Notes: generated by a model from the letters alone, not told the origin. Positions 27,649-40,412 are shown, counted from the first letter of the stretch. The stretch: 64,000 bases of DNA from a bacterium (GCA_965218885.1 OZ244713.1:2800769-2864768), one strand, 5' to 3'. Made by a program: numbers and translations.

Positions 27649-29103
27649 TTAGAGGGCCAACTGGCCCTGGGTGGGTTCCGCTCAGCAAAACCACGATTCG
27701 GTCAAACGAGGCGGGCGGATTCGATCGGGCGCGAAGGCGGCCTTTGCCTGCGCCTGATCGGGACGCTCCAGAATATCGGCCGCCAATTCGCGAATCCTCA
27801 TGAATGTTGTGGCGGCATCCTCGAGGCGCGTTGCTGCATCCTCGGCGAGGAGGAGCGCTTCTTCGTGCAGTTTGTCCATTCTCGCGTCCGGATGCTCCCA
27901 GCGGTAGATGAAATTCTCGGCGTCGAGTTCCTTGATGTATCTCGTCATGTGGGGGGAGTCGAGCAAATGGGAACCCGGCGGCGCCAGAAGCCGGATGGCC
28001 ATCTGAATGGGGTCCACCTCGTCGATCAATGTGTATTCTTCAATGAAATCCAGTAGATAGAAATAATCCTGCGCGCTTGTCCAAGGCGTGAATGCGACCA
28101 GAGATGGTCTGATGGAAACATTCGCCTCCCGGGCGGCTTTCACCACACGAAAGACATCTTCTTTGGTGTGTCCCTTATCCAGATGAGCGAGCACGAGGTC
28201 GCTCAAGGACTCCATCGCTGTGACGAAAAACGCGCACCCGTTTTCCCGGAATTCAGGCAGAAGAGCCTCATGTTTGATCAGGTGCTCTACTTTGGCCGTA
28301 AAATCGAAGGAAAGGGCGGGGAATCTCTCGTGTAAGGCGCGAGCGACTCGAATCGCATGAGACGGGCCATTCAGAAAATCCGGGTCCGCAAAGGTGATGT
28401 GGCGCGCGCCTTGCGCGGCCAGATCTTCGATATCCTCCAGAACCTTCTCTTGGGGCACGATGAAGAAACGGCCTTCATACACTGGCGGAATGGGGCAATG
28501 CAGGCACAAGTGTTTGCAGCCCCGGCTCGCCTCGACGGCCCCGGCGGGATAGTGGTTCTCCCCGCTTATGAGATGCGCGTATGCCTGAAGCGCAGGCAAT
28601 CCCTCTCGCTCGGGCTTGAGCAAGGGAATTTTTTCGAGATACGGGCCCGATGTGTGCTCTCTCGTGGCTGCGCCGGGAACCTCAAGGATGCCGGAGGGTC
28701 GGGACAGCTCTTGAACGAGCTTCACGAGCGGCCATTCGAACTCGCCACCTATGGCCGAATCCGCGCCGTTTTCGAGAAGATAGTCCTTGTTGAGCAGACC
28801 ATAGAGGCCATAAAAGCAAATATGGCACTTCGGATTCGTCTCACGTATTTTCGCCGCCACTTCTACGCCGAGCCTGAGCGCCGTGTGCATCGGCACGCTG
28901 ATGCCGACGAATTTCGCATTCGCTATTTTCTCTTGGGAGAAATCCTCCGCCGCCACGTCCATCGCCCAGGGCTGAAAGCCCGCTTCGCGCAGAAAAGCCA
29001 GGGGCGAGGCGACGGCGAGGGGCTGGTGTCCCAACTCGTAGCAGGAGATGAGAACGACGGCGCCGGGTGATTGCCACTTGGATGTCTTATCGTTTCGACT
29101 CAC
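27649..29103 (-). CDS. CUAEP-tail radical SAM selenoprotein with N-terminal B12-binding-like domain, 484 aa
   Basis: EASRGCKHLCLHC (CxxxCxxC). The frame continues past TGA 27684-27682 as ESWFC-U-AEPTQGQLAL-TAA (27651-27649). SECIS-like hairpin downstream of the UGA. Confidence 0.88.
27653..27668 (-). promoter_or_regulatory. Putative bacterial SECIS for the radical SAM gene
   Basis: AGGGCC-AGTT-GGCCCT starts 14 nt after the UGA; loop GU at +21/+22, comparable to the E. coli fdhF-type SECIS geometry. Confidence 0.7.
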
Positions 29104-29125
29104 GGCGAATTCTCTCGGTAGCCAT

Positions 29126-29158
29126 AAAAAAAGCCCCGGACTTATGACGCCCGGGGCT
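29126..29158 (-). terminator. Intrinsic terminator after iscA
   Basis: Minus strand AGCCCCGG-N11-CCGGGGCT followed by a T tract. Confidence 0.75.
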
Positions 29159-29175
29159 CGTAAGGCATTGTTTCA

Positions 29176-29559
29176 TCAAGTGGTGAAAGATTTGCCGCAA
29201 CCGCACATGCTCATGGCGTTGGGGTTGTTGATCTTGAAGCCCGAGCCCTGCAGGCCATCGACGAAATCGATTTCCGTTCCCGCGATGACGGGATAGCTCT
29301 GGGGGTCCACGAACACGTCGAACCCATTGGCGGAGAATACCTTATCCTCCGGATTGGCGGATTCCTCGAAATAAAGACCATAGTTGTAACCGGAGCATCC
29401 ACCGGCGGTGACGGCCAGGCGCAGGCCGTAGCCGGTTTTTCCTTCCGACTCGAGAATCTCGGCCACCTTGCCGTTGGCTGTCGGCGTAACCGTAATGCCT
29501 TTAAGTGCTTGCGGTTTCTTTTGAGATTGATCGAATAAATTGATCGTTCCATCCGTCAT
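29176..29559 (-). CDS. A-type Fe-S cluster carrier (IscA/HesB/ErpA family)
   Basis: LRLAVTAGGCSGYNY, IDFVDGLQGSGFKINNPN, CGCGKSF. Confidence 0.95.
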   Translation of the reverse strand: MTDGTINLFDQSQKKPQALKGITVTPTANGKVAEILESEGKTGYGLRLAVTAGGCSGYNYGLYFEESANPEDKVFSANGFDVFVDPQSYPVIAGTEIDFVDGLQGSGFKINNPNAMSMCGCGKSFTT

Positions 29560-29778
29560 CTGTTGTTTCTCCTTGGCCTTGATGATGGCGATTGAAATTT
29601 GTTTTTGTCTCTACAGTTTTGAATATTACTCTTTTTTTGTTTTTTTGCAAAGGCCTGATTCACATATATCCTTGAAATGTGGGCTTGTTGACGGAGGAAA
29701 CCGCCTTTTCCCCGCCGAGTGAGCGGGGGACTTCCTGTACAAGGGTTGAAAATTCTATATATTTTGTTGTTAAAAAAC

Positions 29779-29807
29779 TTGACAATAACAGACTAAGATA
29801 TTATATT
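29779..29807 (+). promoter_or_regulatory. Sigma70 promoter upstream of clpB
   Basis: TTGACA-N17-TATATT in an AT-rich intergenic region. Confidence 0.65.
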
Positions 29808-29955
29808 TTCCTTGCGTCGAGAGCTTCGGCCGCCTCCGCCATGCGGAATTGACGAGGTTTTCGGCGCCGAGAAATTTATCGAAATAGAGTGGAAATTTAT
29901 CGGAATTTATCGAATTTTTCATGAATTTTCACAAAAAAATTCGGAGCACACGTTC

Positions 29956-32586
<2,631 letters not shown>

Positions 32587-32653
32587 ATACTTCAGGGCGG
32601 CGGTGGAGCTTTGATTCGTGTCCATAAAACATGAAAGCAAGCGAATGTAAAAA

Positions 32654-32892
32654 ATAGTTGAAAAATTCGGGAGTTGTATACATGACTCGGCCTTGGGATT
32701 CCGGGTTTTACATTCGAAAGGGAACGATGTAATCACTCCCCCCTTGAGCAGCCGTAGAGACAGGTCTCGACCTGTCCCTACCAAAGACGGTCCATGCGCT
32801 TTCTGGTTCGTCATTCCGGCTTTCGCCGGAATGACGGTGAACATTCTCGATTGGGGGAGCAACAACCCCTTGGGGGATTTTTCAAAAACTCA
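32654..32892. repeat. Degenerate third copy of the composite repeat family
   Basis: TAGTTGAAAAA (32654), ATCACTCCCCCCTTGAG, GTAGAGACAGGTCTCGACCTGTCCCTAC (32754-32781), GTCATTCCGGCTTTCGCCGGAATGAC (32810-32835), CAACAACCCC and TTTTTCAAAAACTC. Confidence 0.7.
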
Positions 32893-32938
32893 ACACCATT
32901 GGATCCGGCTGGAAAATTAAGAACTATATAAAGGAGAG

Positions 32939-33226
32939 TTGGCAATGCTTTCGATGAATATATCAGCAGCTACGGCGTTAAGTCAGTTGAAAAGTATTCT
33001 ACACCAGACTTTGCAGAACGGTAGGGCAAAATATTGGAATACTAACAATAACAATGAAGCAGAAGAGCAGAGTTTCTATTGGTTGTTTTGTTGGGCTAAA
33101 ACTACAAGAAGGGGTTGTGGCCCTTATGCCGCCCAAGCAATGGAAGCGCTAAGAGAGATTTTTGATGACGCCCTAATTCAACAGACGTCATTACAATATG
33201 CTAGGGATTCACGCGACTATCGATAA
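32939..33226 (+). CDS. Hypothetical AT-rich orphan protein (about 95 aa)
   Basis: SD AAAGGAG before TTG 32939/ATG 32945; open frame in an AT-rich island; no recognisable motif. Confidence 0.5.
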   Translation: MAMLSMNISAATALSQLKSILHQTLQNGRAKYWNTNNNNEAEEQSFYWLFCWAKTTRRGCGPYAAQAMEALREIFDDALIQQTSLQYARDSRDYR

Positions 33227-33262
33227 AACTTTAATTTTGTATCCCGATAAGGAGAAAGATTG

Positions 33263-35176
33263 ATGTCGAAAGTAATCGGAATCGATTTGGGCACCACCAA
33301 CTCGGTCGTCTCGGTCATGGAGGGTGGGCAGCCTACGGTCATCGCCAACCAGGAGGGCAACCGCACGACGCCCAGCGTCGTGGCGTTCACCGACGATGGG
33401 GAGAAGCTCGTCGGCCTCGTGGCCAAACGCCAGGCGGTGACGAACCCGACCAGGACCATCTATTCCGTCAAGCGCTTCATGGGCAGGCGATTCGCCGAGG
33501 TGCCCGAGGAAGTCACCATCGTGCCCTACGAGGTCGTGAAATCGGACAACGGCGACGCGCGCATCAAAATCGACGGCAAGGAACACGCCCCGCCCGAGAT
33601 ATCTGCGAGCGTTCTGCAAAAGCTCAAGCAGGCCGCGGAGGATTATCTGGGCGAGAAGGTGAACGAGGCGGTCGTCACGGCGCCTGCGTATTTCAACGAC
33701 AGCCAGCGCCAGGCGACGAAGGACGCCGGAAAAATCGCCGGTCTCGACGTGAAGCGCATCATCAACGAGCCGACGGCGGCCGCTCTCGCCTACGGACTCG
33801 ACAAGAAGGCGGATCAGACCATCGCGGTGTATGACTTCGGCGGCGGCACGTTCGACATCTCCATCCTGGAGGTGGGGGACAACGTGGTCGAGGTGAAGGC
33901 CACGAACGGCGATACGCATCTGGGCGGCGACAACATCGACCACCGGATCATCGAGTGGATGGCGGAGGAGTTCAAGAAGGATCAGGGAATCGACGTCTCG
34001 GGCGATCCCATGGCGCTTCAGCGACTGCGCGAGGAATCCGAAAAGGCGAAGATCGAACTGTCGAGTTCGATGGAGACGACCATCAACCTGCCGTTCATCA
34101 CGGCGGACGCCTCGGGTCCCAAGCACCTGAACTTGAAGCTCACGCGCGCGAAACTCGAGCAGTTGACGGGCGATCTGGTGGAGAAGACGCTGGCTCCCTG
34201 TCGGCGCGCGCTCGATGACGCCAAGCTCCAGCCCGGAGACATCGACGAGGTGGTGCTGGTGGGCGGCTCGACGCGGATGCCGCTGGTGCAGGATGCGGTG
34301 GAGAAATTTTTCGGAAAAGAACCCCACAAGGGCGTGAATCCCGATGAGGTGGTGGCGGTCGGCGCGGGCGTTCAGGGCGGCGTGCTCGCCGGAGACGTGA
34401 AGGACGTGTTGCTGCTGGACGTCACCCCGCTTTCCTTGGGGATCGAGACGCTGGGCGGCGTGTCCACCAAGCTCATCGAGCGCAACACGACGATACCGGT
34501 CAAGAAGAGCGAAACCTTCTCCACCGCGGCGGACAACCAGCCCTCCGTCGAGGTGCACGTCCTCCAGGGAGAGCGCGAGATGGCCACGGGCAACCGCTCG
34601 CTGGGCAAGTTCCATCTTGTCGGCATTCCTCCCGCGCCCCGGGGCGTTCCCCAGATCGAGGTGACGTTCGACATCGACGCCAACGGCATCGTGAACGTCT
34701 CCGCCAAGGACCTGGGCACCAGCAAGGAGCAGGCGATCACCATCACGAGTTCGAGCGGCCTCTCCGAAGATGAGATCAACAACATGGTGTCCGAGGCGGA
34801 TGAGCACGCCGAGGAGGACAAGAAGCGGCGCGAGGCCGTCGAGGCGAGAAACATGGCCGACAGCATGGCGTACAACACGGAGAAGATGCTCAAGGAGAAT
34901 GAGGGCAAGGTTTCGGCCGAGGACAAGAAAGAGATAGAAGACGCCATCGCCGCGCTCCGGGCGGTTCTGGAGAAAGAGGACGCGACGGTGGATGAAATCA
35001 CAGAAGCGCAAGCAAAACTCGAGGCGGCCTCGCACAAGCTCGCGCAGGCGATGTACGAGCAGGCGAGTCAGGCGGACGCCGCCGACGCCCCGGAGTCCGG
35101 CGGCGGGGAGAACGGCGCGCCCGCGGGCGACGTCGTGGATGCGGAGTTCGAGGAAGTGGATAAGGACAAGCCCTAA
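33263..35176 (+). CDS. dnaK: Chaperone DnaK
   Basis: [53 protein letters not shown] tail. Confidence 0.99.
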   Translation: MSKVIGIDLGTTNSVVSVMEGGQPTVIANQEGNRTTPSVVAFTDDGEKLVGLVAKRQAVTNPTRTIYSVKRFMGRRFAEVPEEVTIVPYEVVKSDNGDARIKIDGKEHAPPEISASVLQKLKQAAEDYLGEKVNEAVVTAPAYFNDSQRQATKDAGKIAGLDVKRIINEPTAAALAYGLDKKADQTIAVYDFGGGTFDISILEVGDNVVEVKATNGDTHLGGDNIDHRIIEWMAEEFKKDQGIDVSGDPMALQRLREESEKAKIELSSSMETTINLPFITADASGPKHLNLKLTRAKLEQLTGDLVEKTLAPCRRALDDAKLQPGDIDEVVLVGGSTRMPLVQDAVEKFFGKEPHKGVNPDEVVAVGAGVQGGVLAGDVKDVLLLDVTPLSLGIETLGGVSTKLIERNTTIPVKKSETFSTAADNQPSVEVHVLQGEREMATGNRSLGKFHLVGIPPAPRGVPQIEVTFDIDANGIVNVSAKDLGTSKEQAITITSSSGLSEDEINNMVSEADEHAEEDKKRREAVEARNMADSMAYNTEKMLKENEGKVSAEDKKEIEDAIAALRAVLEKEDATVDEITEAQAKLEAASHKLAQAMYEQASQADAADAPESGGGENGAPAGDVVDAEFEEVDKDKP

Positions 35177-35200
35177 AAGTCTTGCCCGCATGAGGATGGT

Positions 35201-36139
35201 ATGCCCAAGCGTGATTATTACGAGGTGCTGGGGATCGACCGAAGCGCTTCGGAGGTGGAACTGAAACGCGTCTTCAAGAAGCTGGCGCGCAAGTATCACC
35301 CCGACGTCAACCCGGGGGATGCGAATGCGGAGGAGCGCTTCAAGGAGATCAGCGAGGCGTACGCCGTTATCTCGGACCCGGAGAAGCGCAGAAAATATGA
35401 CGCCATGGGGCATGCCGCCTTCGGCGGGGGCAGCCCCTGGGGCGAGGGAGCCCCGCCCGGAATGGAAGACATCCTGCGCGAAATTTTCGGCGGAGTTTTC
35501 GGAGGAGCGCGCGGCGGCGCGGGACGTGGCGGCTTCCACGCGCAGCCCCAGGCCCCCCGGCGGGGTCAGGATGTGAATTACTCGATGGAGATCGGTTTTG
35601 ACGATTCCCTCAAAGGACTCAACACCACCATCACCGTGCCCAAGACCACGCAAGAGAACGGGAAAATCCAGCACACGACAGAGCGCATTCAGGTGAAAAT
35701 ACCGCCCGGCGTCTCGAACGGCTCGCGCATTCGCCTGGCGGGCAAGGGAGAAGCCTCCCTGAACGGGGGGCCGCAGGGGGACCTCTTCATCGTCACGAAG
35801 GTGCGGGAGCATCCTTTCTTCGAGCGAAAAGGGGATAATCTGTATCTCGAGCTTCCCGTCAGTCTCGGCGAGGCGCTGCTCGGCGCGCGCGTGGAAATCA
35901 ACACCTTCGAGGGGGCCACGAAGATGACGATTCCTCCCTCGACCCAGAACGACCAGGTTTTCAGGCTTCCGGGAAAGGGCGCTCCGAAGCTCAAGGGTTC
36001 GGGCAAGGGCGATTTGTTCGTCAGGGTCCAGGTACTGCTGCCGGAGAAGATGGATGAGGAAAGCAAGGAGATCGTCCGCGAACTAGAGAGGCGCAACCCC
36101 ACGTCGCCGCGAGCGAACATGACGGGCGTGAGCATATAG
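35201..36139 (+). CDS. DnaJ-class co-chaperone without zinc finger (CbpA-like)
   Basis: J domain with HPD, G/F region, DnaJ C-terminal domains, no CxxCxGxG repeats. Confidence 0.92.
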   Translation: MPKRDYYEVLGIDRSASEVELKRVFKKLARKYHPDVNPGDANAEERFKEISEAYAVISDPEKRRKYDAMGHAAFGGGSPWGEGAPPGMEDILREIFGGVFGGARGGAGRGGFHAQPQAPRRGQDVNYSMEIGFDDSLKGLNTTITVPKTTQENGKIQHTTERIQVKIPPGVSNGSRIRLAGKGEASLNGGPQGDLFIVTKVREHPFFERKGDNLYLELPVSLGEALLGARVEINTFEGATKMTIPPSTQNDQVFRLPGKGAPKLKGSGKGDLFVRVQVLLPEKMDEESKEIVRELERRNPTSPRANMTGVSI

Positions 36140-36199
36140 TGAAGGACGCAGGCATGACGGGAGCAGGCGATCTGATGACGAGAGGCCCAGGAGAAGGCA

Positions 36200-36607
36200 A
36201 TGGCGCGTAGAAGCGTGAGAAACGGGCGCTACACCATCAGCGCGGTGGCCGAGATGTTCGGGGTTCACCAGCAGACGCTCAGGTTGTATGAGCGCCAGGG
36301 CCTCATCGACCCGGCCCGCAGCGAGGGCAGGACGCGCTATTACTCCGAAGATGATCTGGAGCGGCTCGAAATTATCATGGCGCTCACGCGGGACATGGGC
36401 GTGAATCTGGCGGGCGTGCAGGTCATCATCGAGCTTCGCGAGAAGCTCATGCGTGCGCTCGAGCGCCTGGGCGAACTCGAGGAATTGATCGAGAGCCGGG
36501 CGTTCGAGGATTTTCGCGAGCAGATGAGCAACGCGACGCCCGATATGCAGGCCATGATCCCCGCGTTCTCCGCCAAGCTCGTGCGTTTCAGGAGGAGAGG
36601 GAAGTGA
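36200..36607 (+). CDS. hspR: MerR-family heat-shock repressor HspR-like
   Basis: [51 protein letters not shown]; inside the dnaK-dnaJ operon. Confidence 0.85.
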   Translation: MARRSVRNGRYTISAVAEMFGVHQQTLRLYERQGLIDPARSEGRTRYYSEDDLERLEIIMALTRDMGVNLAGVQVIIELREKLMRALERLGELEELIESRAFEDFREQMSNATPDMQAMIPAFSAKLVRFRRRGK

Positions 36608-37464
36608 ACACGAATTCCATCAAATCCTTTTTGCTGCTCGGATTGTTGACGGGGCTGATTCTGCTCATCGGCAATCTCCTCGGCGGCACGACCGGGCTGG
36701 TCATCGCCCTGGTGCTCGCGGTGGGCATCAACGGATACAGCTATTGGTATTCGGACAAAATCGTTCTCGCCAGCACGGGCGCGAGCGAGGTGCTCCCCGA
36801 ACACGCGCCGGAACTCTACGGCATGGTGGCGGACCTGGCGCGGCGCGCGAACCTGCCCATGCCGCGTGTATACGTCATTCCCGAGGATGCGCCGAACGCC
36901 TTCGCCACGGGCAGAAACCCCGAGAACGCCGCCGTCGCCTTCACCGAGGGGATTTTGCAGGATCTGAACAGAGAAGAACTCGAAGGCGTGGCCGCGCACG
37001 AACTCGCCCACATCAAGAATCGGGACATCCTGCTGAGCACCATCGCCGCCTCCCTGGCGGGCGCCATCATGTATCTCGCGCAGATGGCGCAGTTCGCCGC
37101 GTTTTTCGGCGCCTACGGCAGGGGCGACGATGAGGAGGGCGGTGGCGGAGGCTTGCTGGGAATCATCGTCGCCGCGATAGTGGCCCCCATTGCGGCGACG
37201 CTGCTTCAGATGGCGGTGAGCCGCTCGCGCGAGTATCTTGCCGACGCCACGGGCGCGCAAATCGCGGGCACGCCGGTCGGGCTGGCGAACGCCCTGCATC
37301 GCCTGGATGAGGCCGCCCATCGCGAGGAACTCCACTGCGCGAGCGAGGCGACGGCCCACATGTATATCGTCAACCCGCTCTCGGGCGGGGGGATGGCGAG
37401 ACTTTTCAGTACGCACCCGCCGATGGAGGAGAGGATTCGGCGGTTGATGGAGATGAGATACTAG
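36604..37464 (+). CDS. htpX: Zinc metalloprotease HtpX
   Basis: [17 protein letters not shown] (HExxH), [21 protein letters not shown]; GTG overlaps the hspR stop. Confidence 0.96.
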   Translation: MNTNSIKSFLLLGLLTGLILLIGNLLGGTTGLVIALVLAVGINGYSYWYSDKIVLASTGASEVLPEHAPELYGMVADLARRANLPMPRVYVIPEDAPNAFATGRNPENAAVAFTEGILQDLNREELEGVAAHELAHIKNRDILLSTIAASLAGAIMYLAQMAQFAAFFGAYGRGDDEEGGGGGLLGIIVAAIVAPIAATLLQMAVSRSREYLADATGAQIAGTPVGLANALHRLDEAAHREELHCASEATAHMYIVNPLSGGGMARLFSTHPPMEERIRRLMEMRY

Positions 37465-37486
37465 GTTCTGGGGAGGAAGTCGTTTC

Positions 37487-38179
37487 ATGAAAGCGAAGGA
37501 TGTGAAAGTCGATACGGAGGGCGGCGATGGCGTGAAGGCCGAAGCCGCAGAGCCGGTGGACGCAGGCCGCGCGGAAGAAGAAGTCAAGGAGAAGCCGCGC
37601 GTCGTGGACAGGCGGCGCGTCCGCGAAGACGGCGAGATGAGCGAGGAGGGGGCCGGGGAGGCCGAAGAAACCCCGCGCGTGCCCGCCTACGTGGAGCAGC
37701 TCCAGGCGAAGGTAGCCGCCGCCGAGGAGAAGCTCAGAGAGCACATCGAGAAAATCGACAAGGATACGGCCGATTTCAGGGCCCGGCAGGAGCGCGAGAT
37801 GGAGCGCAGGACCCGGGAGGTGAAAAAACAGGCCGTATCGGGCTTTTTGAGCATCGCCGATGATCTGGCGCGCGCCACGGCGGCCGTGGACGGCGGAGCC
37901 TCCCAGGGGGAGGAGGGCGGAGTTCTCGAAACCCTGGTGCAGGGGGTGCGGATGATTCAGGGCCGGTTCTTTCAGGAACTCTCCAACCTGGGGGTGGAGC
38001 CTCTCTCTGCGATGGGCGTCGCCTTCAATCCCGAAGAACACGAGGCGGTGCGCATGGTCGAGGTGAGCGATGAGGCGCTGGACGGCATGGTGGTGGAGGA
38101 ACTGGCTTGCGGCTATAGGCTGGGCGACGCGGTTCTAAGACCCGCGCGCGTCTCGGTGGGCAAGTATGCGGGCGAATAG
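37487..38179 (+). CDS. grpE: Nucleotide exchange factor GrpE
   Basis: ADFRARQERE, FNPEEHEAV, GYRLGDAVLRPARVSV. Confidence 0.93.
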   Translation: MKAKDVKVDTEGGDGVKAEAAEPVDAGRAEEEVKEKPRVVDRRRVREDGEMSEEGAGEAEETPRVPAYVEQLQAKVAAAEEKLREHIEKIDKDTADFRARQEREMERRTREVKKQAVSGFLSIADDLARATAAVDGGASQGEEGGVLETLVQGVRMIQGRFFQELSNLGVEPLSAMGVAFNPEEHEAVRMVEVSDEALDGMVVEELACGYRLGDAVLRPARVSVGKYAGE

Positions 38180-38257
38180 CCGGTCTCGCGCCCTTGAACC
38201 AGATTCGTGCTCATAGTATCGTCGCGTGTTTTTCGATTTTCGGGGTGAAGGGAAAGC

Positions 38258-39406
38258 ATGAGCAAGCGTGATTACTACGAAGTGCTGAGCGTAGGCCGCG
38301 ACGCGGGCGACGCCGAGATCAAGAAGGCGTATCGCACGCTGGCGATGAAGCATCATCCGGATCGCAACCCGGGCGATGCGAAGGCCGAGGAATTGTTCAA
38401 GGAAGCATCCGAGGCCTACCAGGTGTTGAGCGAGTCCGAGAAGAGGAGCGCGTATGATCGCTTCGGCCACGAGGGGCTCCGGGGAATGGGGCATCAGGGT
38501 TTTTCGAGTTTCGACGATATCGTCTCCTCGTTCGGGGATGTTTTCGGGGATTTGTTCGGCGGCGTTTTCTCCGGCGGGCGCGCGCGCCGCGACGGTCCGC
38601 GCAAGGGCCGGGACCTTGCCTATCAACTGGAGATGACGTTCGAGGAAGCGGCGACGGGCATCGAGCGCGAGCTCGAGTTCGAGCGGCCCACGGAATGCGT
38701 CTATTGCGGCGGCAGCGGGGCCAAGTCGCCCGATGCGGTTCGCGAATGCCCATCCTGCGGCGGCAGCGGCCAGAGGTCCTACCGCCAGGGTTTCATGACT
38801 TATTCCACCACCTGCTCGGATTGTGGCGGCGCAGGCAGGCAAATCCTCGAGCACTGCGCGGAATGCGATGGGGCCGGACGCCGTCTGGAGCAGAGGAAGG
38901 TGAAGGTCAAGATTCCCCCCGGCGTGGACGAGGACGCCAGACTGCGTCTTCGCGAAGAGGGAGAAGGAGGCGCCAAGGGTGGGCCGGCGGGCGATTTGTT
39001 CGTCGTCGTCTCCTTGCTCGCGCATGAGGAATTCGAACGCAATGGGGCGGATGTGGCGAGCCAGGTGTATGTTTCGTTCTCACAGGCGGCGCTGGGCGAC
39101 ACGGTGAAGGTGAGGACGCTCTATGGAGAATCCGAACTCGAGATTCCCAAGGGAGTGCAGTCCTCGGATGTTCTCAGGCTGAGGGGCGAGGGATTCCAGC
39201 GCCTCGGCAGGAAAGGGCGCGGCGATCATATGTTTTTGGTTCACGTCCAGACGCCGACGAAATTGACGGCGGACGAGGAAAGACTCTTTGGCGAATTGTC
39301 GGAGATCGAACGTGAAAAGGCGGAAAAAAATGGGGCTGGAAGAGCCGAGGAAAATGGCGCCGGGAAAAAGGGTATTCTCGGCAAGTTGAGTTCTCTTTGG
39401 GGATAG
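38258..39406 (+). CDS. dnaJ: Chaperone DnaJ (zinc-finger type)
   Basis: HPD, four CxxCxGxG repeats, C-terminal domains. Confidence 0.97.
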   Translation: MSKRDYYEVLSVGRDAGDAEIKKAYRTLAMKHHPDRNPGDAKAEELFKEASEAYQVLSESEKRSAYDRFGHEGLRGMGHQGFSSFDDIVSSFGDVFGDLFGGVFSGGRARRDGPRKGRDLAYQLEMTFEEAATGIERELEFERPTECVYCGGSGAKSPDAVRECPSCGGSGQRSYRQGFMTYSTTCSDCGGAGRQILEHCAECDGAGRRLEQRKVKVKIPPGVDEDARLRLREEGEGGAKGGPAGDLFVVVSLLAHEEFERNGADVASQVYVSFSQAALGDTVKVRTLYGESELEIPKGVQSSDVLRLRGEGFQRLGRKGRGDHMFLVHVQTPTKLTADEERLFGELSEIEREKAEKNGAGRAEENGAGKKGILGKLSSLWG

Positions 39407-39476
39407 GCGCGCATTCAGGCGAAATGAAAAGAGGCGGGGTCCGATAGTCCCGGCATCCGGCGCCGGAGGGTAAGCG

Positions 39477-40001
39477 ATGGAAGAAGAAAACGTAGAAAAT
39501 AAGGGATTCAAGGTTTCCGACCGAAGATTCTCCGTGAGGGGATATGAGGATGAAGAGCCGCCTGCTTCGGGTGGTGAGGGGCGCATTCTCTCCCCGGATG
39601 AGGCTGATGAAGAAATAGGTCCACAATCCGGCGCGTTTTCGTCCGGGCCGGAGGCGATGGAAACAGAGCCGGCTCCATCCCGGGAGGTTCCGCAGCCACT
39701 GGCCGAGGAACAAGCGCAGCCTCCGGTCGAGGAGGCGGACGATGACGAGGAGGGAGACAGGAGTTTCGAGATGCTCGTCGCTATCGTGCAGCAAAACGCT
39801 TTGGCGGCGATGGGCATTCATCCCCAGACGGGTGAGCGCATCGGGACGGCGGACCCGAGAAGTTCAAAAATTTTCGTCGATGTATTCGCCGCCCTCAAGG
39901 AGAAGACGAAAGGCAATCTTTCTCCGGAAGAGGAGCAACTCCTGAATCAGGTTCACTCCGATTTGCAAATGGTATATGTTCGGGAATTAGGGTTCGGTTA
40001 G
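39477..40001 (+). CDS. DUF1844 domain-containing protein
   Basis: GFKVSDRRFS N-terminus; C-terminal ALAAMG..IFVDVFAALKEKTKGNLSPEEEQLL..DLQMVYV. Confidence 0.85.
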   Translation: MEEENVENKGFKVSDRRFSVRGYEDEEPPASGGEGRILSPDEADEEIGPQSGAFSSGPEAMETEPAPSREVPQPLAEEQAQPPVEEADDDEEGDRSFEMLVAIVQQNALAAMGIHPQTGERIGTADPRSSKIFVDVFAALKEKTKGNLSPEEEQLLNQVHSDLQMVYVRELGFG

Positions 40002-40081
40002 GTCCGAGTGATCGTCGAGGCGCGGGTTAGATGCGCGTCATCCCCGATCATCCTTTTTGTTTACCTCATGCGGGGGATTAT

Positions 40082-40357
40082 ATGGCCGTGTCAACGTCCT
40101 ATGACGAGATGTTCGAAGAAGCGCTCGGTATCGTCAAGAATCGCTTTTTGCTTTCGGTGCTGCTCGCCAAGCGGGTGGCCCAACTCAGGCGGGGTGCGGA
40201 GCCTTTGGTAGCCTCACAGCCCCATGAGACGCCCGAGCAGATCGTGTTTCGCGAAATTATCGAAGAAAAACTGGAATGGCGAAAGTCCGCGTCGGCGATC
40301 GATATGACTGATATGGACCAGGGATTCATGGACGGCGGATTCGACGACGAAGAATAG
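40082..40357 (+). CDS. rpoZ: RNA polymerase omega subunit
   Basis: NRFLLSVLLAKRVAQLRRGAEPLV, IVFREIIEEKL. Confidence 0.85.
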   Translation: MAVSTSYDEMFEEALGIVKNRFLLSVLLAKRVAQLRRGAEPLVASQPHETPEQIVFREIIEEKLEWRKSASAIDMTDMDQGFMDGGFDDEE

Positions 40358-40380
40358 TTTCGCTTGAAATCGCACGCCGG

Positions 40381-40412
40381 CCGCTGCCCGATCCACCGGG
40401 CAGCGGTTTTTT
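40381..40412 (+). terminator. Intrinsic terminator after rpoZ
   Basis: CCGCTGCCCG-atccac-CGGGCAGCGG-TTTTTT. Confidence 0.85.

Noticed and set aside
29176-29559. Selenocysteine in IscA/HesB (also checked the glutaredoxin and the Mo enzyme)
   Set aside because: All the relevant positions are ordinary Cys codons with no in-frame TGA.
33209-35812. 867-aa antisense ORF over dnaK-dnaJ
   Set aside because: Long antisense frames opposite dnaK are a known codon-bias artefact (often mis-annotated as NAD-specific glutamate dehydrogenase); the sense genes are unambiguous.
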